Positions 1-9,184 are shown, numbered from the stretch's first letter. The stretch: DNA of 64,000 bases from a virus (IMGVR_UViG_3300019927_000017:1-64000); one strand, 5' to 3'. Notes: a model not told the origin generated them from the letters alone. Numbers and translations: made by a program.

Positions 1-165
1 CACATCCCACGCCATCGTTCCGGGGATTTCGTAGGTGACTCGGGAACCGTAGTGTTCCCACTCGTCGCTCTCGATGTCTTCGGTCAGATAGCGGGGAAGA
101 CCGCCATCTGCCATCGGTTCGCACAGTTCGTGTCGGGCTTCTTCGAGGGTGTCTTTGTCGAACAT
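1..165 (-). CDS. hypothetical protein, N-terminal part (gene runs off the window start)
   Basis: ATG at 165 shares one nt with the TGA of the upstream ORF (TGATG coupling). Acidic translation MFDKDTLEEARHEL... Confidence 0.4.
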   Translation of the reverse strand, partial: MFDKDTLEEARHELCEPMADGGLPRYLTEDIESDEWEHYGSRVTYEIPGTMAWDV

Positions 166-419
166 CAGTTTGCTCCGTAGTAGTCTGCCTTCGCTTCGAC
201 CCAATCGGCGAGGTCGTTGATGTCTGCTCCTTTCAGGAGATGCCGCCCGCCTCGGATGTCTTGGGGTGGCCCGGTGGGGCTTACCCCCACCGAGTTGCCT
301 TCGACGTGAACGAAGACCCCATCGTGTTCGAAGGTGGCGACCATCCCATCCTTCATCGCTCCGATAAGGCCGAGAAGTCGGTCGTGGCTGTCGGTTTCGC
401 CGAAGATGATGTCACTCAT
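165..419 (-). CDS. hypothetical acidic protein (84 aa)
   Basis: ORF track. Acidic composition, coupled to its neighbours. Confidence 0.55.
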   Translation of the reverse strand: MSDIIFGETDSHDRLLGLIGAMKDGMVATFEHDGVFVHVEGNSVGVSPTGPPQDIRGGRHLLKGADINDLADWVEAKADYYGAN

Positions 420-421
420 TG

Positions 422-634
422 TTAGATACCCGAAGGGATTCCGTCTCGGTCGAAGGCCGGTTCTGCTTCCGCTTCGTGTTGGTCGTTCGGCTTATCACCG
501 TCAGTCGGCTCCGGTTCGGAAACCGCGCCGTGGCGTCGTTCGAGAGTCTGGCCTGTCGTCCCGGCTCTTTGAGCCGTGTCTATCTCGTACTTCCAGAAAT
601 CGCCGTTGTTCGTGGGGTCTTCGGAGTTACTCAT
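422..634 (-). CDS. hypothetical protein (70 aa)
   Basis: ORF 422..646 trimmed to the ATG at 634 (MSNSEDP...). The 646 start is GTG. Confidence 0.5.
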   Translation of the reverse strand: MSNSEDPTNNGDFWKYEIDTAQRAGTTGQTLERRHGAVSEPEPTDGDKPNDQHEAEAEPAFDRDGIPSGI

Positions 635-767
635 CGTTGCCCTCACTTTGTGTGTCTTCGTCGGGGAGAAGGTCGCCGTACTTCGTCTTGCTTCGCTTCG
701 CGTCTCGCTTCGCTTTCTCTACGTCTTCGACCTCTTCGTCGCTGATGGCTTCCTCGAAGGTCGTCAT
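627..767 (-). CDS. small acidic protein (46 aa)
   Basis: Below the ORF-track cutoff. ATG overlaps the stop of 764..1003 and its stop overlaps the ATG at 634 (ATGAGTAA). Translation MTTFEEAISDEEVEDVEKAK... Confidence 0.4.
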   Translation of the reverse strand: MTTFEEAISDEEVEDVEKAKRDAKRSKTKYGDLLPDEDTQSEGNDE

Positions 768-1003
768 ACCATCTCCTCCTTCACGAACTGTTCGGGGCTT
801 CGGGGTTCGGTGGGGTCGAAGACGGCTCGCTCTGCTGGAGTCTTCACGACCGGCTCGACCTCTTTGTGGCGAAGCCTTCGATGCTCGCCACCATCGGCGT
901 GGGTTCCTGAAAACATCGGGTCGATGGTGTATTCAGGGTCTTCGTCGTCTCGATTATCGAGCGGTTCCACTCGGTAGCCTTCGTTGGTGTCGTAGCCTGT
1001 CAT
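764..1003 (-). CDS. hypothetical protein (79 aa)
   Basis: ORF track, acidic composition. Confidence 0.55.
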   Translation of the reverse strand: MTGYDTNEGYRVEPLDNRDDEDPEYTIDPMFSGTHADGGEHRRLRHKEVEPVVKTPAERAVFDPTEPRSPEQFVKEEMV

Positions 1004-1100
1004 TTCACTTCACCGCAAGTTAGCCGGTCGGTCGTGAACCGAAGGGGTCGAAAACCCGCCGGGCTAAGACTTCACTTCAAACGCTTCGAGTCTTTGCCCT

Positions 1101-2198
1101 CTAAAGGGAACGAATCTGCTTGGCGGCATCTTCGAGGTCGTCGGCCTTCCCCGTCTCGATGAGGGTCGAAGCGAGGTTCATCTCGCTGTCCGACAGCCCT
1201 TCGACGGCTTCGACGGAATCTTCGCTGTCGTCGTCAGATGCCTCTTCGTCGGCTTCGGTGTCGGTTTCGTCGGCTTCGTCGTCGTCACCATCGCCTCGAA
1301 GAGCGTTCCGTCGCTCTTTGAGTCGCTGGATGGCCGAACTTCGGGGGTTCTCCGAGTCGCTTTCGACTCGAAGCATCGTCTGGATGGCTCGAAGGTTGGT
1401 GATGTCGGTGACACCGCTTCGAATCTCACCGACGTTGAAACTCTTGATGGCTTCGGGGTTCGCCGCGAGGTTCACCTCGTCGGTGTCAACCTCTTCGACC
1501 TCTTCGTCGTCTTCCTCGGCGACCTTATCGGTGTCAGCATCACCGAAGACCGAAGGGTCGGAACTCTCCCGAAGACCGTCTTCCGTCCAAGCCGAAGGCT
1601 CGTCGGGAATCTGCTGAAGCAGTTCGAGGGCTTCCATCACTTCGTTGCCCTCTTCGACGGCGATGGGAAGCCGCTGGCCGTTGATGGTCAGAATCTTTGG
1701 CCCACCGTAGGTGGTGTCGAAGCCGAGTTCCGAAGGGTCGATGCCCATCTCTTCGAGGCTTTCACGTTCCCCACCATCGAGGTCGTCCCAAGTGATGCTG
1801 GGAAGGTCGGCGAAGTAGAGAGCGTAACTAACGCTCTCCTCGAAGTGTTCTTCGGGGGCTTTGCCATCGGAAAAGCCGATGGCGTGGTCGTTGTCCCTTT
1901 GCATCTTCCCGGCGGTGGACTTCAGGAGCGAAGCCACCATATGAAGTTTCTGCTGGGGATGGGCTTCGCTGTACTCCCCAAGAAGCCGACTGACATCTTC
2001 GAGGGTGTCGTCGGAGTAAATCTTCAGAGTTTCGAGGTCGAGGGCTTCGAGCATCGCTCCGAGGGTTGCCTTCCAATCACCCGCCGAGATGTAAATCTCA
2101 GCGACCTCGTTGCTCTCGAAGTCCGGGCTGACTTCGGTGTCTTCGGTGGTCGTAGTGTCGGTGCTGGTCGAGTCGTTAACGGCGAAGTCGAATGACAT
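1101..2198 (-). CDS. highly acidic hypothetical protein (365 aa)
   Basis: Long ORF with halophile-like composition. The ATG is preceded by a GGGACACAACC box. Contains DTDKVA. Confidence 0.75.
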   Translation of the reverse strand: MSFDFAVNDSTSTDTTTTEDTEVSPDFESNEVAEIYISAGDWKATLGAMLEALDLETLKIYSDDTLEDVSRLLGEYSEAHPQQKLHMVASLLKSTAGKMQRDNDHAIGFSDGKAPEEHFEESVSYALYFADLPSITWDDLDGGERESLEEMGIDPSELGFDTTYGGPKILTINGQRLPIAVEEGNEVMEALELLQQIPDEPSAWTEDGLRESSDPSVFGDADTDKVAEEDDEEVEEVDTDEVNLAANPEAIKSFNVGEIRSGVTDITNLRAIQTMLRVESDSENPRSSAIQRLKERRNALRGDGDDDEADETDTEADEEASDDDSEDSVEAVEGLSDSEMNLASTLIETGKADDLEDAAKQIRSL

Positions 2199-2255
2199 CG
2201 TTGGGTTGTGTCCCGCCTCGTTAACGAGGAAGCGGCTCTCGTTCCCTGTTGTTAC

Positions 2256-2652
2256 TCGAAGGGAAGGGTCGAGTCCGGGGGTCGAAGGGCGTATAAATTC
2301 CCCTTCGACCCTAACCGGAGAGGCTATCTCTTGGCATCAGGTTGCGTGACTTCATCGCCTTAAGGGTTGGAAGTTGTCTCTCGACTTCCTCGTCAGCCTT
2401 CTTTGCTTCGAAGGCGAAGGCCGCATCGCTCCTTACAACGCTGGTCGAAGGAACTCTTCGACCTGAAACCCCGTTACGCCATTTGTCTTAGGAACTCATT
2501 ACCCGTAACTCCCTCTTCGACCGGAACCCCTCTCGGGGCCTTTGTCGAAGGCTTCAACGTCCGGTTTTCCGTGGCTGTCTTTGGCTCTGTCACGGTGTCA
2601 TCGTGACCCTCCTGAGTCGTTCGGTCTTCGTGGACTTTCAAGGGGTCGAAGG
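2256..2652. repeat. array of GGTCGAAGG / CCTTCGACC units, several forming inverted-repeat pairs
   Basis: GTCGAAGG at 2281, 2444, 2544 and 2645. CTTCGACC at 2303, 2456 and 2515. Related units at 2256 and 2406. Confidence 0.6.
2279..2311 (-). promoter_or_regulatory. 11-bp perfect inverted repeat flanking a TATAAAT element (candidate operator/promoter for gene 1101..2198)
   Basis: GGGTCGAAGGG-cgTATAAATtc-CCCTTCGACCC, about 95 nt upstream of the ATG at 2198. Confidence 0.4.
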
Positions 2653-3414
2653 GTGTGAACCCCCTGAATCATCACTTCGGTTCCGGCTCGTTGCCTTTCT
2701 ACCGCCACCCTTTTCGGTGGAAGGGTGGCTGGCGATGCCTGACCGAAGCCATCCGATTCACTCGAAGAGTTTCACGTACTGACTCCGAAGGTACTTAATG
2801 GGGCGTTCAGGACTGCCGTCCTGTAATCCCGCGATGTCCTTAGCATCATTAGGGGAACTCCCTAAGCGGATGTCACCTTCCGTCATCGGGTCGATGCTCA
2901 CCCCTTAAGGGTGAACTCGCCTCGGTGCGACTTCTTCCGAAGACCGCGACATTGATTAACAAACACGAAGGGTTTCGGGTCGAACTTGGCGAAGGGGCTT
3001 CGGGGGGAACTCCCCCGACTTCGCCTTTAGGTATTCGGCGGCTACTGACACATCCTCTCGTAAGAGAGGCGCACTTTAACCGTCCCGTTCTTATCCCCCC
3101 TTACGGGTTTGCCTTAAGGGCCTAACCTACCGAGGGGCATCCATTTGCCTGCCCCCTTAAGGGGAACTCCCTTAAGGGTGCAGATTGCATCGTGCGAGGG
3201 CTGTTAAAGCCCCCAAAGGCCCCCTCCTCCCCCTTTAATAAACGCGGGGAAGGAGAGTCGCCGGGAGACACACCATAACCGCGTGGGGGTGTGTGCCCCG
3301 AGCGAGCCTGCCGAGCGAACCTGTCATACACTCAGCCCCGACACCACATAAACCTGTCGATGTCAGGACGATATAGAGAACCGGCAGTAGAACACCGTCA
3401 GACTGTCGAAAACC

Positions 3415-3510
3415 GACGATTAGAGATGAATAGAAAAGATGATGATATACTAAATTTCCGGGAAAAATCTCGATACGAAAAAGAGTATTGTGGTATAAAG
3501 AACTGTCCAG
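3415..3510. other. AT-rich tract inside the long non-coding region (candidate DNA-unwinding element)
   Basis: Local sequence gattagagatgaatagaaaagatgatgatatactaaatttcc...aaaaagagtattgtggtataaag is clearly AT-rich in a GC-rich genome. Confidence 0.35.
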
Positions 3511-3834
3511 AGAAACGACGACTCAAGGCTGGAGACTGCTGTTTTGCCGACTTGAGCAAAATAGACCGCTATTTGCTTTTGGTGACGGTAAGATTTGCCG
3601 CCCGCAGAGGGATAAATCGGTGGTATTACCGACTAATAACGGCGATTGGCTCCTCTTCGCGCCCGCGTTAAACCAAAGGGTTCCCTTCGGGGTTAAAGGG
3701 TAGCCTCTCTTCGTTAACCTCTGCTGGGCCTTATCGGTGTAACCCCCGCCCGATTCCCTTCGGAAGGGAAACATAACCCTTAGCGGTTCGCTCGCGCGTG
3801 TTAATTCACGCATCGCTCGCCAATTCCAATTCGC

Positions 3835-3916
3835 GCGAAGCCTTCGGCTTTATCGCTCGGGCGAAGCCTTCGGCTTTTAAAAGCGTGCGAATTAATCGCG
3901 CGGGGTTAATCGCGCG
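3835..3916. repeat. two short direct-repeat pairs: GCGAAGCCTTCGGCTTT x2 and TTAATCGCGCG x2
   Basis: Copies at 3835/3861 and 3892/3906. Each GCGAAGCC-TTCG-GGCTT unit is itself a hairpin. Confidence 0.6.
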
Positions 3917-3964
3917 ACGTTAACGGCGCGTGCAGAAAGAGCCGGGGCGCGAGCGGCGGGCGCG

Positions 3965-4004
3965 AAAAAAAAAAGCCCCCCACCCCAACCCTGTAAAGGG
4001 TTGG
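3965..4004 (-). terminator. hairpin plus T10 run ending the minus-strand operon 6187->4037
   Basis: On the minus strand, CCAACCC-tttaca-GGGTTGG is followed by a G-rich spacer and TTTTTTTTTT (A10 at 3965-3974 on the plus strand). Confidence 0.55.
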
Positions 4005-4036
4005 AGTGAGGGGCCAGAGTCCTTCGGGATACGAAA

Positions 4037-4309
4037 TCAGGCTTCTACTTCGTAGGCTGTTTGAACCACCTTGTCCTTCGGACAGACCTTCACCTCGAAG
4101 GTGCTGAAGAGCCAATCACCCCGAAGGGTGATGCATCGGTCGGAGCCTCCTTCGTTGCTATCGACATCTACGATGTCGCCCCCTTCGATGATGTCGGTAA
4201 CGACATCACCCTCCAGCATCTCCCTCTCCCTCATCCTTTGGATGAGATGGGTCGAAGCCTCGTAGTTCGAAGCATCTCTGTCTAACTCGAACTGTTGTTC
4301 GAGTTTCAT
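4037..4309 (-). CDS. hypothetical protein (90 aa)
   Basis: ORF 4037..4600 trimmed to the internal ATG (MKLEQQFELD...), which overlaps the upstream stop (ATGA). The longer N-terminus is Arg-rich out-of-frame-like sequence. Confidence 0.6.
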   Translation of the reverse strand: MKLEQQFELDRDASNYEASTHLIQRMREREMLEGDVVTDIIEGGDIVDVDSNEGGSDRCITLRGDWLFSTFEVKVCPKDKVVQTAYEVEA

Positions 4310-4539
4310 CGGCCTTCCCCCCTTCGGGGGTCGTCCTTCGGCCAAGGCTTCGTAGCCTCTTCGAGGAAGTCTAAGACTTCGTTTGGTTCCATCAGTCCCA
4401 TAGGGACTATCCCTACCGGAGTTTCCCAGCCCCAACCTAACAGGTTGGAAGCGGCGATGTTGTCCCATCCTTCGGATGACACCTTCGGGGCGACTTCGGC
4501 GTAGTACCCTTCGGCTCCGACTCCTTCGGAGTCGTTCAT
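4306..4539 (-). CDS. hypothetical protein (77 aa)
   Basis: Trimmed to the ATG at 4539 (MNDSEGVG...). ATGA coupling at both ends. Confidence 0.55.
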   Translation of the reverse strand: MNDSEGVGAEGYYAEVAPKVSSEGWDNIAASNLLGWGWETPVGIVPMGLMEPNEVLDFLEEATKPWPKDDPRRGEGR

Positions 4540-4865
4540 TGCCGACCTCCGAAGTCGGTGACGGCCTTCTGGAAGGCATCTTCGGAGTAGGTTCCACCAC
4601 AATGCATCGAAGATGCCATCATCACCGTTTCCCAAGTAGGGTCTTGGAGGGCTTCGAGGATGAAGAGAACTCCCCGGTAATCTTCTTCGAAGTAGCCCCG
4701 GTCTTCGACATCTTGGGGCTTATCAGCCCCATCGAGAAGTTCGTAACGAACTTGGTTCCCGACTCGGCAGAGGGTTTCACCCTCTGTCTCTTCGACGGTG
4801 GCTCTCCACTCTTCCAGAGTGACCCTCTCGAACTCTTCGAGTTCGCTTCGTAGTTCGAAGGACAT
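4536..4865 (-). CDS. hypothetical protein (109 aa)
   Basis: Trimmed to the ATG at 4865 (MSFELRSELEEF...). Confidence 0.6.
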   Translation of the reverse strand: MSFELRSELEEFERVTLEEWRATVEETEGETLCRVGNQVRYELLDGADKPQDVEDRGYFEEDYRGVLFILEALQDPTWETVMMASSMHCGGTYSEDAFQKAVTDFGGRQ

Positions 4866-4866
4866 C

Positions 4867-5307
4867 TTAGATGTCCTCCTCGATGGCTTCGACTGCCTCT
4901 CTGACCTCTTGGTCAGAGGCCCCCTTCGGGGTATCGAACTCTTCGAAGGCTCCGATAAGGGTCGGAGTGTCGTTATCGACCAGTTCACAGAACTGGAACT
5001 GTCCTTCGGAGGGAACTCGGCAGAGTTCACCCATCTCGGCTTCCTCTGCCGTTGGCAGAGGGGGAAGGTCTTCGACCTGCTCTTCTAAATCGCTGATTAC
5101 ATCAGCGACCTTATCGGTGTCTTCCTCCACTTCTCCGAAGTGGGCTTCCTCTGCTCTTCGAGCCTGACCTTCGGCGGTGTCGGCATCTCCGATGCCGAAC
5201 CCTTCGAACCCAGCCTCTTCGAGGCTTGAAGGTGGCTCTTCGGTGAGGCTTCGGACTTCGTTGTTTTCGCTCTGTTCAACATCTTCGATGTTGGCTTCGT
5301 CGGTCAT
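4867..5307 (-). CDS. acidic hypothetical protein (146 aa)
   Basis: ORF track. GGGACACAACC box before the ATG. Contains DTDKVA. Confidence 0.65.
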   Translation of the reverse strand: MTDEANIEDVEQSENNEVRSLTEEPPSSLEEAGFEGFGIGDADTAEGQARRAEEAHFGEVEEDTDKVADVISDLEEQVEDLPPLPTAEEAEMGELCRVPSEGQFQFCELVDNDTPTLIGAFEEFDTPKGASDQEVREAVEAIEEDI

Positions 5308-5396
5308 TGTAGGTTGTGTCCCGGCTTCTTCGAAGCCGAAGCCTTGCCGTCATCTTCGATGATGGTCATCGGCATCGGTATCACTATGTGATAACT

Positions 5397-5417
5397 CTCA
5401 AAGTCTACGACTTTGAG
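5397..5417. promoter_or_regulatory. perfect 9-bp inverted repeat CTCAAAGTC-tac-GACTTTGAG
   Basis: Intergenic between 4867..5307 and 5438..6187. Belongs to the GACTTnAGTC palindrome family. Confidence 0.45.
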
Positions 5418-5437
5418 TCTTTAAATCCCGAAGGGAT

Positions 5438-6187
5438 TTAGACCATGCTGACAGCCTCTTCGAGGCTCTTCCCCTCATCTTCGATGAGGTTCTGAACCAT
5501 CGCCATCTGACCTTCGGTCAGGTCAGACACCTTCTTCGTCTTCTTCGAAGACGACTTCTTCGAAGTCTTCGACTTCGAACTACTGCTTCCCTGATGGGAA
5601 GCACAGAACTCTTCGCCGTCATTTGCCCCGTAGGGGCAGTTTTCTTCGGAGCAGACACCGTTCTTCGAACGGTACTTCCTAACATCTTCGATGTTAGACT
5701 CCTTCACTCCCATCTCGACCAGTTCACTATCGGAGATAGTGTCGTTCTCACCATCTTCGATGGTGGACTCCTGCTCTTCTCCACCTTCGGTGGAGGACTC
5801 TTCGTCGTCACCTTCGGTGACTGATTCGTATTCATCACAATGTGATGAATGACCGTAGAGACTCTGTTTGCTGTCGAAGACAGCACCGCATTGACAGGCC
5901 ACCTCACCATCTCCGATGGTGTCTTCGTCGTCATCATCACCTTCGGTGATGTCCTCAGACTCCGTAGGAGTCTGTTCGTCGTCACCTTCGGTGACGCTCT
6001 CCTCTTCGTCGCCACCTTCGGTGGCGTCCTCTTCCATCGCCTCCTTCATGGCTTTGCCATGAAGCGTCTTCGTCCCGAAGTCCTGCTGGACTTCGACATT
6101 GACATCTTCGATGTCAGCACCGAGGGCTTCGGCAAGTTCTTCGAACTTCGATGCAACGACCTTCGCTTCGGCAGTCTGGTTCGACAT
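5438..6187 (-). CDS. acidic protein with C2H2-like zinc-finger motifs and SVTEGDD repeats
   Basis: CQCGAVFDSKQSLYGHSSHC and CSEENCPYG...FCASH. Trimmed to the ATG at 6187. Confidence 0.65.
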   Translation of the reverse strand: MSNQTAEAKVVASKFEELAEALGADIEDVNVEVQQDFGTKTLHGKAMKEAMEEDATEGGDEEESVTEGDDEQTPTESEDITEGDDDDEDTIGDGEVACQCGAVFDSKQSLYGHSSHCDEYESVTEGDDEESSTEGGEEQESTIEDGENDTISDSELVEMGVKESNIEDVRKYRSKNGVCSEENCPYGANDGEEFCASHQGSSSSKSKTSKKSSSKKTKKVSDLTEGQMAMVQNLIEDEGKSLEEAVSMV

Positions 6188-6316
6188 TGCAGTTTCCACT
6201 CAATCCCGATAGACCATAAAGGTTCCGGTGGCCTGACGAAGGGGGGTCGCATCTCGATTGCACGCACGAGTCCGGCGATTCTGACACCTTACCATGGTAC
6301 ACCTTCAGATGGGTAA

Positions 6317-6833
6317 AATACGGTGTGATAGGCTACGAATACAAGGGGCAATACAGGCAGTAGAGCATGGTGAGCAGGCCGAGAACGGCAAGAACGGGGC
6401 TTATCGGTGCAAACACCCCGATGAGAGAGTTAGGCTGACCAAAAAGTAGAGTGTAGCCCAAGGAGAGAGGCTGAGACGGTGGGATTGGTGGAGATGTCGC
6501 GTCAGAAGTTGAGGAGAGAACCGGCGGTAGAGTAACCCGAAACCCTCGATTCAGAGGGTTGAGGGTAGGCTGATGAACCCCCCTGTATGGAGGCCAAGAC
6601 AGGGGGGTGGAAAGAGGCGGTATTTGCCCTGAAGTGGGTTATTTCCGGTGACTTCAGTCTGTTGTGAAGGCAGAAGAGCCGCTAAGACCGGCATCAGGGC
6701 TGAAACTCTGAAGTCTGACATGAAGTGAAGGGGGGTGAACCCCCGGAAATGTGCAGAACAGGCCCGTTGATGGTGTGAAGTGCCTGAACTCAGGGGGGTG
6801 GGGTGAACCGGCGCGTGCCGATTATTTCACACC
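6317..6833. other. ORF-free purine/G-run-rich region with repeated GGGGGGTG(AACC) and TGAAGT words
   Basis: No ORF of 60 aa or more in any frame. G6 runs near 6603, 6733, 6793, 6913 and 7008. Confidence 0.5.
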
Positions 6834-7102
6834 ATGCGTTGCACCCGCATGGATGGACATGACTGTGGGGCTACATGGCAGGTAGAGAGCCAGATGAGGC
6901 CGATGAGGGGGGTTAGTACATTGGACCGAGCGCACGCGCATTACTTTAGTAACCCAGCGCACGTTGCAGAGCCGTCTCAGTCAGATTTTGGTCGAAATCG
7001 GGGTGGGGGGATTCGCTCTGCTCACTTCAGATTGGGAAATTCTGACATTTTGGCCCATTTTCGACCCCGAAGAGTCATACGTGACGGGGATAGACCCCAA
7101 GC

Positions 7103-7387
7103 GTGAACCGCCACCTGAAAAAGCGCGACGACACAACCTTTCCGACGTGGACTTCGGAGATTTCGAGCGACGAATCGCCGACCGTGCGGCTCGCGGGCCT
7201 TATCGCGGTCATCAAGGGCTGTGAAATCGACCAAATGCGACCTCTCGGCGAAAACATGGACTGTGACGCCCTCGACCGGCTACTTTCGGAGGAAAACCGC
7301 CCGATTTGGGTCACGTTCCAGCATGAAGGCTACGACATCACGGTTCAGAACTCTGGTGAAGTCGAAATCGTGGAAAGCATTACATAG
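7103..7387 (+). CDS. HalOD1-like small protein (start uncertain; GTG at 7103)
   Basis: SDESPTVRLAGLIAVIKGCE...MDCDALDRLL...VTFQHEGYDITVQNSGEVEIVE matches, from memory, the halobacterial output domain 1 pattern. Confidence 0.5.
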   Translation: MNRHLKKRDDTTFPTWTSEISSDESPTVRLAGLIAVIKGCEIDQMRPLGENMDCDALDRLLSEENRPIWVTFQHEGYDITVQNSGEVEIVESIT

Positions 7388-7408
7388 ATAGCCCTGTAAC
7401 TGGGCTTC

Positions 7409-7576
7409 ATGGAGCCTGAACTGGAAGAGCGACTTCGTGAAGCAGGGAAAGAGTTGACTGAAGAACACGACGAAGCCGTCATCGCGGATGTCATCGGGGA
7501 AGTGGAGCAACTGGATGACGAGTCGAGCGAACAGACCGCCAACCTTCTCCGTACCATGGTGGGCGCAGACGAGTAA
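7409..7576 (+). CDS. small acidic protein (55 aa)
   Basis: Below the track cutoff. Translation MEPELEERLREAGKELTEEHDEAV... ATG to TAA, 168 nt. Confidence 0.4.
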   Translation: MEPELEERLREAGKELTEEHDEAVIADVIGEVEQLDDESSEQTANLLRTMVGADE

Positions 7577-7591
7577 CCCCACCCCCCACGG

Positions 7592-7599
7592 TATATAAA
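7592..7599 (+). promoter_or_regulatory. TATA-like element (TATATAAA) upstream of the late operon
   Basis: AT-rich box about 165 nt upstream of the terS ATG. It would give a leader containing repeat copy 1. Confidence 0.3.
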
Positions 7600-7707
7600 C
7601 TATTGTCCTTTCATTGTAGTGAGGAGCGTGGCATAATAGACAGTCACGCAAGGTTGTGTTCACCCTGCGGGGAAGTCTCCGTGGGGACAAGCCGTTTCGC
7701 TTTACCG

Positions 7708-7758
7708 CAGTACACCACAGCGACCTTATCGCTGTAAACAGGCGACGTTAACTATACT
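7708..7758 (+). repeat. leader repeat copy 1 (CAGTACACCxxAGCGACCTTATCGCTGTxAACA..AACTATACT)
   Basis: Near-identical copies at 31174 and 54438. This copy ends 5 nt before the terS ATG. Confidence 0.8.
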
Positions 7759-7762
7759 ACTC

Positions 7763-8542
7763 ATGGCGCTTGGCGAAGTAACCGGCGCAGATGAATCTGA
7801 AGTCGCCGAAATGGAGAAGGAGTATTTCTCCACTCCGCTGTACCAACAGCACGGTGTCCCGTTCGAGGTAGCATATTGCCTGAACGAAATCGGCAAGCAA
7901 CCCGAGGATTACGACGGCCCTGTTCGTTATTGTCAACGACGGGCCAAGAAGAAGGAAGACTACGACGGCCACCGCTTCGATAAGGCCGCCTACGGTTACT
8001 TCTGCCCGTTCCACGGCGGCGTGGGAGAGACAGGAGACGCGAGCAGACTTGACAACCCGCTGACGGCTGGCATCAAGCACGGCGCATACGCTGACGACGA
8101 ACATCTAAAAATGGACTTCAACGAAGAAGAGCAGAGCCTCTATGACTCTATCATGGAGGATTGGCCGGAAATCTACGACTGGCCCGACCGTTCGGAAGAC
8201 CCGGCACGATACCGGATTCTCCGACGTGTCGCTGTAAACGAAGTCCGCGCGATGCGCGAGGAAGACTATATTGACCAACACGAGGTCCATCAGGAACCCG
8301 TGTTTGACGAGCAGGGGGTCGAAGTCGGCCACAAGGAAGTCGAGAATCCGCTTTCGCGGGAGTACCGACTTCTGATGTCTGAGGTCACGAACCAGATGCG
8401 CGAACTGGGACTTACTCCCAAGGAGCGACAGAAGATGGACACGCTCGAATCTCAGGCAGACAAGGACGACAGCATCACTCGGGTCGCCGAAGACGCGCTC
8501 GACTCCGACGAGGAGTACGACCCGGAGCAGTTCGATGACTGA
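7763..8542 (+). CDS. terS: terminase small subunit (P27-like C-terminus)
   Basis: First gene of the structural operon, upstream of terL. ELGLTPKERQK motif as in P27-family small terminases. Confidence 0.6.
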   Translation: MALGEVTGADESEVAEMEKEYFSTPLYQQHGVPFEVAYCLNEIGKQPEDYDGPVRYCQRRAKKKEDYDGHRFDKAAYGYFCPFHGGVGETGDASRLDNPLTAGIKHGAYADDEHLKMDFNEEEQSLYDSIMEDWPEIYDWPDRSEDPARYRILRRVAVNEVRAMREEDYIDQHEVHQEPVFDEQGVEVGHKEVENPLSREYRLLMSEVTNQMRELGLTPKERQKMDTLESQADKDDSITRVAEDALDSDEEYDPEQFDD

Positions 8543-8798
8543 GCAGATAGTTACTGAACCCTTCTCCGCTGGCTACGAACTGGTTCACGGCGCTGAGGTT
8601 CACACGCTCAACGACGAGGAGGCCATCATGGACTTCGAGATGTTCAACTCTCTCGAAGCACAGTTCGGCGACCCGCTGGTCGGGTACGTCGGTGGCCTTC
8701 ACTATCACTTCAAGCCCGAGCGAGCGATTCCGCCGTCGGCAATCGCCGTTCCGGCTGACAACCACGACGACCCCGACACCCTACTGATTCAACGATGA
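8535..8798 (+). CDS. hypothetical protein (87 aa)
   Basis: ORF track, overlaps the terS stop. Confidence 0.55.
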   Translation: MTEQIVTEPFSAGYELVHGAEVHTLNDEEAIMDFEMFNSLEAQFGDPLVGYVGGLHYHFKPERAIPPSAIAVPADNHDDPDTLLIQR

Positions 8799-8887
8799 CA
8801 GACTTCGACATCACCGAAGACGGCAAACTCGTCAAGGACGAGGAGGAAGACGCCGACTTCGAGGAAAACCTAACTTTCGATGAGTGA
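8795..8887 (+). CDS. tiny acidic ORF (30 aa)
   Basis: ATGA coupling to the previous gene. Translation MTDFDITEDGKLVKDEEEDADFEENLTFDE. Confidence 0.25.
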   Translation: MTDFDITEDGKLVKDEEEDADFEENLTFDE

Positions 8888-8990
8888 CGCTGACACAGAC
8901 CTGACGCCTGAGTTCGTACTTGGACTTCAGGCGGGGCTGATGCTCTCGCAGGCTTCCTGCGAGCGCGACGACTGTCCTCGGGGTAACTGA
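8880..8990 (+). CDS. tiny ORF (36 aa)
   Basis: Its ATG overlaps the previous stop (ATGAGTGA). Translation MSDADTDLTPEFVLGLQAGL... Confidence 0.25.
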   Translation: MSDADTDLTPEFVLGLQAGLMLSQASCERDDCPRGN

Positions 8991-8998
8991 GTTCACGG

Positions 8999-9184
8999 AT
9001 GGACCACCCCGATAAGCCCGCCGCTTTCTCACGAGCGTCGGCTGGGGAGGTTCACCACGAGCCGGAGCAAGTCATTGCGGTCGTCGTGACCGACGAAGAT
9101 GACGACCCAGCTGGGGTCTTGGAGAAGTGGAGCGGAGACGGCTGGATTTACGCGCCAGCGGAAGACCTCGTAGAACTCAACTAA
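8999..9184 (+). CDS. hypothetical protein (61 aa)
   Basis: ORF track. Its TAA overlaps the terL ATG (TAATG). Confidence 0.5.
   Translation: MDHPDKPAAFSRASAGEVHHEPEQVIAVVVTDEDDDPAGVLEKWSGDGWIYAPAEDLVELN

Noticed and set aside
2110-4115. ORFs inside the long non-coding region: 2110..2349, 2367..2606, 2925..3125, 3122..3331, 3291..3671, 3488..3703, 3523..3813 and 3906..4115.
   Set aside because: Their translations are basic or low-complexity, with no halophile-like acidity. None is coupled to its neighbours, and the region is dominated by repeats and hairpins.
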